Shown: positions 1-6,955, counted from the first letter of the stretch. The stretch is DNA of 24,796 nucleotides from a virus (IMGVR_UViG_3300032218_001470:1-24796); one strand, 5' to 3'. Translations and numbers: made by a program. Notes: a model not told the origin generated them from the letters alone.

Positions 1-21
1 GGTTTCTTGGATTTGCTTCGA

Positions 22-237
22 CTACTCGTCGTCGCAAAAGTCGCTGGTGATATGCGGTAAGTTTAAATCTTGAAATTCACGCTCCGGCTTCTGCCATGCC
101 AGCTCATGCTGACGGGCCAGCCGGTGCGCTTCGGTCAAGTCGCCACGATTCACGGCATCGCTTACCTTTTCGGCCGAGTTGGCTTTCGCCCGGAGCGTGG
201 CCGTTTCCATGATGAGGAATGCTTTGTTTGGCATCAT
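22..237 (-). CDS. hypothetical early-region protein (71 aa, MMPNKAFLIMETATLRA...)
   Basis: Start revised from 270 to ATG 237, which forms an ATGA overlap with the upstream stop at 234-236. Confidence 0.6.
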   Translation of the reverse strand: MMPNKAFLIMETATLRAKANSAEKVSDAVNRGDLTEAHRLARQHELAWQKPEREFQDLNLPHITSDFCDDE

Positions 238-413
238 GATCCGTACCGATTGTTGCCGGAGTAGTCGCAAAAACGTTCAAAGCTGCGGTCAAAGTCGCCG
301 TGCTCGCGTTCGTACACGTCGTGCTCGTAGTCCGGCTTGTCGTTCATTGGCAACGGCTCGGCTGCCTTTGCCTTTTCTGCGTTGTATTGTTCTTCGTTTT
401 TAGGATCGCTCAT
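234..413 (-). CDS. small acidic hypothetical protein (59 aa, MSDPKNEEQYNAEKAK...FCDYSGNNRYGS), not in ORF track
   Basis: Translated by hand; ATGA overlaps at both ends (413/410 and 237/234). Confidence 0.65.
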   Translation of the reverse strand: MSDPKNEEQYNAEKAKAAEPLPMNDKPDYEHDVYEREHGDFDRSFERFCDYSGNNRYGS

Positions 414-748
414 TTCTTGCCTTTCGTTGCGAGTTTCATGGATTGAATCGTTGTTTTAATTGCTTCCTGCGTGAGACACTTGGTCGTGAACCTCCACACC
501 CGCCATCCAAGGTCGGCTGCTGCCCGGTACTTTTCGCAGTCCTTGACCATTCCCATCCCACGGCCGTGACGGCCCCCGAACGGCAAGAACGCACCGCCGT
601 CCAGTTCAACGGCACAGCGGGCGTCTGAATTTGCGATCACGTAGTCAAACCTCCACTTACGTGTCGGGTGAAATTTATATTCTGCCGTGAGCTCCGGCCC
701 GCCGGCCGCCTTCCAAAGCAGAATGAATTTGCTGGCCAATGCGCTCAT
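410..748 (-). CDS. DUF559/Vsr-like PD-(D/E)XK endonuclease
   Basis: Motifs EYKFHPTRKWRFDY, AVELDGG, GRHGRG..KDCEKY..A..LGWRVWRFT are typical of phage DUF559-like nucleases; start revised to ATG 748 (ATGA overlap). Confidence 0.8.
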   Translation of the reverse strand: MSALASKFILLWKAAGGPELTAEYKFHPTRKWRFDYVIANSDARCAVELDGGAFLPFGGRHGRGMGMVKDCEKYRAAADLGWRVWRFTTKCLTQEAIKTTIQSMKLATKGKK

Positions 749-939
749 TTCGCCTGCCCCTGTTTGACCATGATCGACGCCACCACTTCGGTCAGGCGTG
801 CCACGTCGGCCTCTAGGCGTTTTGTCCGGCTTTGCAGGTCGATCAGTGCAGTCGCCGACGACCATTCCGCCATGCCCACGGACTTAGACGGCACCACGGC
901 CCCCAGCACACCCTCGGCTTCCAAATCCCGGACGCTCAT
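745..939 (-). CDS. hypothetical protein with C-terminal coiled coil
   Basis: 64 aa ORF with ATGA coupling on both sides. Confidence 0.65.
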   Translation of the reverse strand: MSVRDLEAEGVLGAVVPSKSVGMAEWSSATALIDLQSRTKRLEADVARLTEVVASIMVKQGQAK

Positions 940-1091
940 TTCCCAAGTTCCTTGCGAACGAAGTCAATAATCCAGCAGATCACGGCGATCGCTATGGTCA
1001 GGCCGCCCACCCCGCATCCCAAAAACAGACCCCAGCCAACGATCAGCCCGGAAAGCTGGGCCAAATCCTTCATCAGCTCCCAAGAGATCAC
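936..1091 (-). CDS. small membrane protein (MISWELMKDLAQLSGLIVGWGLFLG...)
   Basis: Long hydrophobic segment; probable start GTG 1091 overlaps the upstream TGA (GTGA). Confidence 0.6.
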   Translation of the reverse strand: MISWELMKDLAQLSGLIVGWGLFLGCGVGGLTIAIAVICWIIDFVRKELGK

Positions 1092-1351
1092 TGCTCGCCC
1101 CTTACTTGGCGATGCCATGCCAGCCGGACGGCGGGATCCGAGTGCCAAACGTAAGCGTCCGGCCCTAAATTATATCCGCCCCGTTTATTAAAGTTAACTT
1201 GTTGGTAATGCCGCTTCGGAAGCTCAGGTATTACCTGCGATTTTACAACTCTATCTAAGTCGTTGTAATGATAGGCATCGGACGGGGTGGGATTTGAACC
1301 CACGGTTTTATTTCTTTCTTCGTTTTGATTTATTATGCTTGGAGAGTTCAT
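1088..1351 (-). CDS. hypothetical protein that spans the attP core
   Basis: 87 aa ORF; its stop is GTGA-coupled to the next gene; codons for TVGSNPTPSD are the tRNA-derived att core. Confidence 0.45.
   Translation of the reverse strand: MNSPSIINQNEERNKTVGSNPTPSDAYHYNDLDRVVKSQVIPELPKRHYQQVNFNKRGGYNLGPDAYVWHSDPAVRLAWHRQVRGEQ
1195..1268 (-). promoter_or_regulatory. two IHF-like sites and short palindromes in the attP arm
   Basis: - strand TACCAACAAGTTA (1195-1207) and TTACAACGACTTA (1256-1268) approximate WATCAANNNNTTR; inverted repeats CAGGTA-T-TACCTG (1225-1237) and TTACAAC/GTTGTAA (1243-1268). Confidence 0.4.
1279..1306 (-). mobile_element. attP core: 3' portion of a tRNA (T-arm plus acceptor 3' strand), probably tRNA-Ser
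   Basis: - strand ACCGTGGGTTCAAATCCCACCCCGTCCG = T-stem GTGGG/CCCAC, loop TTCAAAT, acceptor strand CCCGTCC, discriminator G; no D or anticodon arm; about 90 nt from the integrase start. Confidence 0.85.
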
Positions 1352-1395
1352 TGTATGTTATTGCTTCAAACTGAGTAAATGTTACCGTTGTGACC

Positions 1396-2493
1396 ATGGC
1401 CTTTTCCTACGTTAAACGAGGCTCCCCCTGGTACTTCATTCGCTACAAAAACGAAGACGGAAAGTGGCGCAGTAAAGCCACCCGTTATCGCATCGACAAT
1501 ACCCTGCACCGGGCCAAGGCAGTCGCGGAAGCTGCCCGACTTGGCGTTCACGAAAACACCGCAAAGTGCGGCCACGATTGGGTGAACGATTTGATCGAAA
1601 ATCATCCCGTTTCCCCTCTCACAAAAGTTTATTACTTGAACTGCTGGCGTCATCTTGAGCGATTTATTTATGAGAAAAAAATAAGTCTGCAAGCATTTTC
1701 CGCTAATGACTGCGAAATTTATTTGAAATGGCGCCAAAACCTTCCCCGCACCTCCGGCGGACAGGCCGGCCGGAATCAAGCGTGCCAAGATTTGAAGATT
1801 CTGAAATGGATCCACCGTCAGGGCCGACTGCTTGGAAAGATGGATTCGGTTGCCTTGCTGGACTACCGAATTAAACGGGGCCGAATCGCCCGCGTGAAAC
1901 CTGTCTTTTCGGATAATGAGATTAAAATCGTACGGAAAGCGCTGTCCGTCGAAGGAGTCCCGGAGTGGATGAAGGTTTCCTTTGAGATTGCTTTGGCCAC
2001 CGGCTGCCGTCTCCGTGAAACGCAGATCCCGCTTTCTTGCGTTGATCTCAAAAATCGGATTCTGACGTTCCCCTGTCCCAAGGGCGGAGCCGGCAAGTCG
2101 TTCAGCATTCCAATCCCGGCCGCCATCGAACCCATGCTGAAGGCCATGAAAGCGGAAGGCCGTGAGCTTACCTGTGAAGTTCCCCGCACCCGAGCGTCGC
2201 TGTGCTGGCGTAGATTGCTCGATATTTGCGGTCTTAAACGTCATTGTTTTCACTCTTTGCGGGTAACCCGAGTGACGCGACTGCGTCTCGCAGGCTGTTC
2301 TCAATCAGTCGCCATGCGACTCGTGAATCACTCTTCGACGTTAGTTCACGAGCTGTATCAGCGACACTGCGTGGAGGATTTGCGGGACGCTGTGAACGTA
2401 GGCCAGCCTGCTCCTTCCGCCATTGATCAAAGTCGCTCGGAATTACCTTTCCCGCGATTATGGGAAATCCATGCATTCCCCGCAGTTGTTTGA
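1396..2493 (+). CDS. int: tyrosine recombinase (phage integrase)
   Basis: Catalytic residues R (TGCRLRE), K (PKGG), HxxR (FHSLR), H (VNH), Y (ELYQR); arm-binding-like N-terminus; adjacent to tRNA-type attP. Start is ATG 1396 or GTG 1390. Confidence 0.93.
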   Translation: MAFSYVKRGSPWYFIRYKNEDGKWRSKATRYRIDNTLHRAKAVAEAARLGVHENTAKCGHDWVNDLIENHPVSPLTKVYYLNCWRHLERFIYEKKISLQAFSANDCEIYLKWRQNLPRTSGGQAGRNQACQDLKILKWIHRQGRLLGKMDSVALLDYRIKRGRIARVKPVFSDNEIKIVRKALSVEGVPEWMKVSFEIALATGCRLRETQIPLSCVDLKNRILTFPCPKGGAGKSFSIPIPAAIEPMLKAMKAEGRELTCEVPRTRASLCWRRLLDICGLKRHCFHSLRVTRVTRLRLAGCSQSVAMRLVNHSSTLVHELYQRHCVEDLRDAVNVGQPAPSAIDQSRSELPFPRLWEIHAFPAVV

Positions 2494-2599
2494 TTTTGGC
2501 GTATCCTAGATTGTAAGCGGCGCCAAGTTGGCGGAGTGAAAGGGCGGCGTCCTCCTGGCGGAGTTTCATGGCTGTATCGTGGAGGCGCCCCGAGATCAT
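2234..2599 (-). CDS. excisionase-like HTH protein
   Basis: LSLRQLGAAYNLGYAKIKQL...FP...V..SDFDQW resembles AlpA/Xis winged-helix proteins; convergent with int and overlapping it by 260 bp. Confidence 0.6.
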   Translation of the reverse strand: MISGRLHDTAMKLRQEDAALSLRQLGAAYNLGYAKIKQLRGMHGFPIIAGKVIPSDFDQWRKEQAGLRSQRPANPPRSVADTARELTSKSDSRVAWRLIENSLRDAVASLGLPAKSENNDV

Positions 2600-2605
2600 A
2601 AGTAT

Positions 2606-2767
2606 CTAGCTTGATTCTCCCGACGCTCGATCGAGCAGTTGGGTGACGAGTTGCGACAAAGAAATCCGGCGCTTGCTTGCCAATTTTTGAGCTGCCTTTT
2701 TAATAATCGCCGGAAAGAAAAAGTTGGTCTTTTCAACCTTCTGGCCATTTAACGGACGGCGGGGCAT
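2606..2767 (-). CDS. ribbon-helix-helix DNA-binding protein (53 aa, MPRRPLNGQKVEKTNFFFPAIIKKAAQKLASKRRISLSQLVTQLLDRASGESS), not in ORF track
   Basis: Translated by hand; beta strand KTNFFF, helix, turn, SLSQLV helix is the Arc/CopG-type pattern; ends 6 nt before the xis-like gene. Confidence 0.75.
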   Translation of the reverse strand: MPRRPLNGQKVEKTNFFFPAIIKKAAQKLASKRRISLSQLVTQLLDRASGESS

Positions 2768-2870
2768 ACGCCGTGAATACGCCTTCCCTCCGCATTGTCC
2801 ACACTTTTCTTTTTTATTTTTAAAATTCTTTTTTACTTGAAGGCGTATTTATTACGCATACAATATGCCT
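2765..2870. promoter_or_regulatory. divergent promoter/operator region
   Basis: Rightward TTGAAG-N16-TACAAT (2837-2864); weaker leftward TGGACA-N16-TATTCA; perfect 11-bp inverted pair AATACGCCTTC (2776-2786) / GAAGGCGTATT (2839-2849); palindrome GCGTA-TTTAT-TACGC (2843-2857); AT-rich centre. Confidence 0.7.
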
Positions 2871-3011
2871 ATGAAAAAGGTGAAAACGAACCTGACGATC
2901 GATCCTAAGGTCAAGCGCAAGGGCGAACAGTTGGCCAAGAAAAACGGCCTGTCTTTTTCAGCCTACGTGACGACCTTACTTGTCCGGGAGCTGGCTGAAT
3001 CCAAAAAGTAG
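2871..3011 (+). CDS. ribbon-helix-helix DNA-binding protein (46 aa, MKKVKTNLTIDPKVKRKGEQLAKKNGLSFSAYVTTLLVRELAESKK), candidate repressor, not in ORF track
   Basis: Translated by hand; KTNLTID strand and A...GLSFSAYV helix are a clear RHH signature; alternative start ATG 2865. Confidence 0.8.
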   Translation: MKKVKTNLTIDPKVKRKGEQLAKKNGLSFSAYVTTLLVRELAESKK

Positions 3012-3021
3012 TCGATTAAGT

Positions 3022-3321
3022 TTATCCCTTTTGGGATATATTCTTTAGTTTATAATAAGGCGCTGGACGGGTGTATTGGCGCTTGGGGCCATATTTGGAA
3101 AGATGGTTTCCTGCCTTTACTAACTGATAAAACTTTCGCTTTTCAGCCCTACCCTCTTGCACGAATCGATTCATCATCCGGCTGATTGTTGGCCGAGTGT
3201 AACCGAAAATCTTTTGCAGATCCTCGATCGATTTCCACCCGGGTGGAATCGGTTCAATTCGCCTGCCGGCCAAGTGATCGGCAAGTGCGTTTGCCCAATC
3301 CTTTAGATCGGCAGTCGCCAT
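3022..3321 (-). CDS. basic HTH-like protein (99 aa, MATADLKDWANAL...)
   Basis: IPPGWKSIEDLQKIFGYTRPTISRMMNRFVQEG resembles a winged helix; start revised to ATG 3321 preceded by GGAGGGAGA. Confidence 0.6.
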   Translation of the reverse strand: MATADLKDWANALADHLAGRRIEPIPPGWKSIEDLQKIFGYTRPTISRMMNRFVQEGRAEKRKFYQLVKAGNHLSKYGPKRQYTRPAPYYKLKNISQKG

Positions 3322-4052
3322 TCTCCCTCCACAGGACTCACCACGTTGACCGTGCAGCCTTGCCCGCCTTCTAGGTACTCCCCGTAAGCAATCCCATGCG
3401 CCCAGCGGGTCACAGAGCGATTGCGGCGGGCATAATGCATGGATCCGATGTCGGCGAGACAACCGATCGACCAACCCACCGGGGCCCCCACGCAACGGCC
3501 GGCTGCCCGATCGATCCGATGCAGGTGACCAAACACGACAGGACGGCGGAGCATTTCAACATGATCCCGGACGGCCATCTCGTTAAACATGTAGCCGTGG
3601 CCGAACAGGGTTCCGCCAAAGTCCACCCAACCTTTTTCAATGTCGTACTGCGTGACCTTGGTTTTCATTTCCTTCATGGCCGCCATGAGCTCGGAAATGG
3701 CGCTGGTGGCGCAGTGAGCGACGATGGCGCTGGGGCTGTTTTGCATAGAATAAAGCCGGTCTTCATGATTACCTGCAAAAAAATGCGTGGGGCGTAGTTC
3801 ACGCAAGAAATTGATCCCGGCGTCAAAGTCTTCCCGGATCGAGGCGGATCTGTCGGTGGCGTTGGGATCCCGCATGGCTCCGGCCCGGAGAGCTGCCAGA
3901 TCGACGGCGTCGCCCAGGTGCATGGTGGTATCCCCGGGTCGGATCCATCGGCGCTTCATTTCAATCGCAGCCTTGCAGGCGGCCGCGTTCGCCAGGTGCC
4001 CGTGACTGCACGAAACGGCCAGCCATCGTTTCCACTTGCGGATGATTTTCAT
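3303..4052 (-). CDS. calcineurin-like metallophosphoesterase
   Basis: Motifs SCSHG, HLGDAVD, AGNHEDR, FGHG, FGHLHR. Confidence 0.85.
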   Translation of the reverse strand: MKIIRKWKRWLAVSCSHGHLANAAACKAAIEMKRRWIRPGDTTMHLGDAVDLAALRAGAMRDPNATDRSASIREDFDAGINFLRELRPTHFFAGNHEDRLYSMQNSPSAIVAHCATSAISELMAAMKEMKTKVTQYDIEKGWVDFGGTLFGHGYMFNEMAVRDHVEMLRRPVVFGHLHRIDRAAGRCVGAPVGWSIGCLADIGSMHYARRNRSVTRWAHGIAYGEYLEGGQGCTVNVVSPVEGEWRLPI

Positions 4053-4381
4053 TTCTTATCCTCAGATCCGGGCAACCCGTGCAGGACGGCGAGAATCTGT
4101 CGGCACGCCTCCCGGGACGTAGCCGCGGCCACGCTCTCGTCCGCCGCGCCTTGCAGGGCCATGTCGGCGATCACGCCGAGCTGAAGTTTTAGCGTGTGCA
4201 TGTAGGTGCAGAGATCCAGCACCTCGTCCCATGCATCCTTCCACACCGGCCGACGCCACAGGGCGCCTCCGTGCTCGAGCTGGCCTTTTACATATTTTGC
4301 CGAGACGTCGTTTGTCAGGTCGTTGATGATCGTCGCTAGGTGTTTTCTGTGCTCCGGCGACATAATTTCAGCGCCGTTCAT
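4049..4381 (-). CDS. hypothetical protein, possibly all-alpha NTP-pyrophosphohydrolase (MazG-like)
   Basis: KY.KG..EHGG.LW...WDEVLDLCTY acidic helix; ATGA coupling at both ends with start 4381. Confidence 0.45.
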   Translation of the reverse strand: MNGAEIMSPEHRKHLATIINDLTNDVSAKYVKGQLEHGGALWRRPVWKDAWDEVLDLCTYMHTLKLQLGVIADMALQGAADESVAAATSREACRQILAVLHGLPGSEDKK

Positions 4382-4884
4382 CGTGAGCTCCATGGCCGTT
4401 TTGATACCAGTCCCCTGCCTTTTACTGCCTTAGGCTTTCCCACGACTTGTTCCACAGGACTATGTGGAATGTCACGCCACGAACTATATCGACTATCTTG
4501 AAGATGACCTGTTTCCCAGCTTATAGCCGCCAGCTCAAAGGTAAGGCCGACGTGCTCGCCGAGGCGAAAGGCTGTTTCGTCGTCCCAGTTTGTGTCGAGC
4601 AGATCACCCTTACCTGTTTTCAATGGCACCCAATCAAACGCCAGCCCGTAGTTGTGATATGACTGCCCGGGCTTTGCCTGTGTGAGGATCTTGCCCGGAC
4701 GTGACCTACCTTGGGCGTACAGCATCGCCTGCTCCTCCATGGATCTCCTTCCGGTATATATCAGCGGCTGGATCCGGCTGTTCTGCATTTCCACCAGCCA
4801 CCCGCGCACTCGCTTCTGGAAGTCCAGATCGAGCGTTTCAATGCAGCGGAGCGTTCGAGCCGTTGCCTCCGCCAGACTTGTCAT
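4378..4884 (-). CDS. endolysin, M15 family L-Ala-D-Glu peptidase
   Basis: RSMEEQAMLYAQGRS, SYHNYGLAFD (SxHxxGxAxD), ETGHLQ zinc motifs. Confidence 0.9.
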   Translation of the reverse strand: MTSLAEATARTLRCIETLDLDFQKRVRGWLVEMQNSRIQPLIYTGRRSMEEQAMLYAQGRSRPGKILTQAKPGQSYHNYGLAFDWVPLKTGKGDLLDTNWDDETAFRLGEHVGLTFELAAISWETGHLQDSRYSSWRDIPHSPVEQVVGKPKAVKGRGLVSKRPWSSR

Positions 4885-5129
4885 CGCCTTGCTCGCTCTC
4901 TTTCTGTTTCTGCCAGAGAATCAGATAGCGCTTTGAGCGATTGCGCAAAGAGATCTCGGTAAGCTTGCGGACAGGGTTTGTTTGTTCGTTCGGCTTTGTC
5001 CCATGCGTAGATGAAGTATGAGACTGTGTCCGGGCTTGGTGGCGGGCCGTCTTGCGTTTGCGAGGTCGTCGCACAGCTTGCCAGCGCCAGGCTAAGAATC
5101 AGCAGGAGGGCGTTTCGTCCACCACGCAT
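4881..5129 (-). CDS. lipoprotein, putative o-spanin
   Basis: Signal peptide with lipobox LASC, Pro-rich linker; overlaps the upstream TM gene in the lysis cluster. Confidence 0.6.
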   Translation of the reverse strand: MRGGRNALLLILSLALASCATTSQTQDGPPPSPDTVSYFIYAWDKAERTNKPCPQAYRDLFAQSLKALSDSLAETERERARR

Positions 5130-5262
5130 CGATGTCTCTCAGTCTTTTCCGGCGTTCCAGTTCGATCGCTTCAAAGTTCCGCTGGGTCGGGGTTTTGCGG
5201 TTCAGTACGTAAAGAGTGATTCCGATCAATCCACTCACCGCCGAAAGGATCGCGGTGATCAT
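5092..5262 (-). CDS. putative i-spanin-like protein (56 aa, MITAILSAVSGLIGITLYVLNRK...), not in ORF track
   Basis: Translated by hand; N-terminal TM plus charged helix; 3' end overlaps the lipoprotein gene. Confidence 0.55.
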   Translation of the reverse strand: MITAILSAVSGLIGITLYVLNRKTPTQRNFEAIELERRKRLRDIDAWWTKRPPADS

Positions 5263-5268
5263 GTTCCC

Positions 5269-5436
5269 TTATTTGCGGGAGATTTTGCTGATAAAATCAA
5301 CGATCTTTTGCAGGGTCGCTTCCGGCTCGTCCCCGGGGAACAGAGTGGCGACTGCGACGGCGGCCGTTAGGAGAGCTGTGACTGCGCCCAGGATCTGCGT
5401 CCCGTGGCTGACTACATAGGATAGAGTTTCGTTCAT
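5269..5436 (-). CDS. putative holin (55 aa, MNETLSYVVSHGTQILGAVTALLTAAVAVATLFPGDEPE...KISRK), not in ORF track
   Basis: Translated by hand; one TM, amphipathic helix, basic C-terminus; in lysis cluster; TTGACA motif upstream. Confidence 0.6.
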   Translation of the reverse strand: MNETLSYVVSHGTQILGAVTALLTAAVAVATLFPGDEPEATLQKIVDFISKISRK

Positions 5437-5451
5437 GCCCTTCGGCTAGTG

Positions 5452-5712
5452 TCAAAGACCGAATCGGCGTTTGATAAGTTCCCACGCCGTGCTGACTACG
5501 GCCCCCGAGACCAACGCCACGAGCCAAAGCTTTGTTTTAATCGTGTGGGCGTCTCGTTCCATGGCGGTCAGCCGGCCGTGATACTCGCCTAAGCTGGCCT
5601 GTGAGCGTTCCAACAGGTCGAGAATGACGCTCTGGCGGGTCTCGATTCTGGCGACAGATTCCCGTACCACGGAAAGGCGTTCGGAAAGTTCGGCGATCTG
5701 GTCGGTGCTCAT
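5452..5712 (-). CDS. coiled-coil protein with C-terminal TM (XhlA-like/holin-associated)
   Basis: VARIETRQ..LTAMERD heptads then WLVALVSGAVVSTAW; start revised to ATG 5712 (ATGA overlap). Confidence 0.6.
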   Translation of the reverse strand: MSTDQIAELSERLSVVRESVARIETRQSVILDLLERSQASLGEYHGRLTAMERDAHTIKTKLWLVALVSGAVVSTAWELIKRRFGL

Positions 5713-5861
5713 AGTTTTGCGTTTTCTGCTCCATCCGCAATCCGCACCCATTCGTTGCCCTGGGCGTCAGTCCATCGAACAATAAATCCTTCTGCCTCTA
5801 AAAAACGCAAAGCCGCATTGAACTGACGATAATCAGCTCCGTCTTGAGTTTCGGCAGCCAT
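5709..5861 (-). CDS. small hypothetical protein (50 aa, MAAETQDGADYRQFNAALRFLEAEGFIVRW...), not in ORF track
   Basis: Translated by hand; fills the gap exactly and is ATGA-coupled downstream. Confidence 0.65.
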   Translation of the reverse strand: MAAETQDGADYRQFNAALRFLEAEGFIVRWTDAQGNEWVRIADGAENAKL

Positions 5862-5864
5862 ATC

Positions 5865-6002
5865 TCAAAACGGCTTTTCACCGCCTGCCCGGGCCGCGTC
5901 GCCCATCGACGGAGTGTTGGTGTATCTGGTGGGAACTTCAACCGCAACCGGCGCAGGCGAACAGCCCGCCAGCACGGCGCAAAGAAAAATCACGCAAATC
6001 AT
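5865..6002 (-). CDS. small lipoprotein (45 aa, MICVIFLCAVLAGCSPAPVAVEV...), not in ORF track
   Basis: Translated by hand; canonical lipobox LAGC; ATGA overlap with the LamG gene stop. Confidence 0.65.
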   Translation of the reverse strand: MICVIFLCAVLAGCSPAPVAVEVPTRYTNTPSMGDAARAGGEKPF

Positions 6003-6664
6003 GTGAAAGGATAAGTGGTGCCAGCCCCGGCGTTGTAAAGAGATGTGAATTCTGGGTCAGTTAGGGCTCGATTCCAAACTGCAACCTCATCCACGACTCC
6101 TAAAGTCCAATAATCACTAAGGTATGACGATCCGCCAATTCCAATTCCGTTAGCAATATTGATACTTTGCTCTGTGCTTGCAAGAAATGTTCCATTTGAA
6201 TAAGCGGAAACAACTCCATTATCTTTTATTATAACTATATTATACCAAGTGTTGTTACTAAAAGAACCAACCTCAAATATATCTGATGCATTTAGATAAT
6301 CATCAACACTTAATCCCCCATTTATAAAATACACATTAAGCGCATTTTCCACAGGTGATTCTATAAATGTTTGTTGTGCTTGTGTGTTTGTTGATTTTAC
6401 CCAACATGAGATACAAAAATCTCCTGTAATTGTTGGGAAAGAGGTTGTTTTAAGGTATTGTTCGCCACCAAATAAAGCTCCATTATTAATAATTCCAGCA
6501 GCATTTGTTACTCCATTATTATTTGCAAGAGTATATCCATTTCCACTTGAATCTAACCAGCTAGTTGTGTCGAGGTTCCAATAGGCAAGAAGACCATTAA
6601 GAAGGGTCGACGTCGTTTTCCCAAACGTTCCCGAGCCAAGTCTTAGACCGAGGCCGAGATGCAC
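5999..6664 (-). CDS. LamG/concanavalin A-like lectin domain protein (candidate receptor-binding or decoration protein)
   Basis: GLLAYWNLD..DSSGNG, FCISCWVK, WYNIV, GVVDEVAVWNRALT motifs; AT-rich interior. Confidence 0.85.
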   Translation of the reverse strand: MHLGLGLRLGSGTFGKTTSTLLNGLLAYWNLDTTSWLDSSGNGYTLANNNGVTNAAGIINNGALFGGEQYLKTTSFPTITGDFCISCWVKSTNTQAQQTFIESPVENALNVYFINGGLSVDDYLNASDIFEVGSFSNNTWYNIVIIKDNGVVSAYSNGTFLASTEQSINIANGIGIGGSSYLSDYWTLGVVDEVAVWNRALTDPEFTSLYNAGAGTTYPFT

Positions 6665-6667
6665 GGC

Positions 6668-6937
6668 TTAGTTCCCCCGGGTGTAGGCGATGGCTTTGCC
6701 GGTGGCCAGTTGGAAGGAGGTGACGGCCGCAAATACGACAAACCCGGCTGGGAAGGTTACTCCCGTCAGAGCGTCACCCGCAAGAGCAGTCTGACTGACG
6801 GATGTGAAAGAGCCGTCGGCGATAAACTGAATGGCCTGAAAGTTTCCAGTCACGGCCGTCGTGCCTGTCACCACTTTTCCACCATATTCACCAACGCTAA
6901 GGGACGTGTCTTGGTTGATCTGAAGGTCGTATGCCAT
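6668..6937 (-). CDS. small beta-rich putative virion protein
   Basis: 89 aa, Gly/Thr/Val-rich, in tail-tip region, TTGACA motif upstream. Confidence 0.6.
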   Translation of the reverse strand: MAYDLQINQDTSLSVGEYGGKVVTGTTAVTGNFQAIQFIADGSFTSVSQTALAGDALTGVTFPAGFVVFAAVTSFQLATGKAIAYTRGN

Positions 6938-6955
6938 ATATGGGTCAAGAAAGTG

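Noticed and set aside
1279-1350. complete tRNA gene
   Set aside because: Only the T-arm and acceptor 3' strand are present; the upstream sequence is AT-rich with no D or anticodon arm
1349-1369. TTGAAG..TACAAT on the - strand as a promoter for ORF 1351
   Set aside because: Same hexamers as the RHH promoter but with an 8-nt spacer, and the -10 overlaps the ATG
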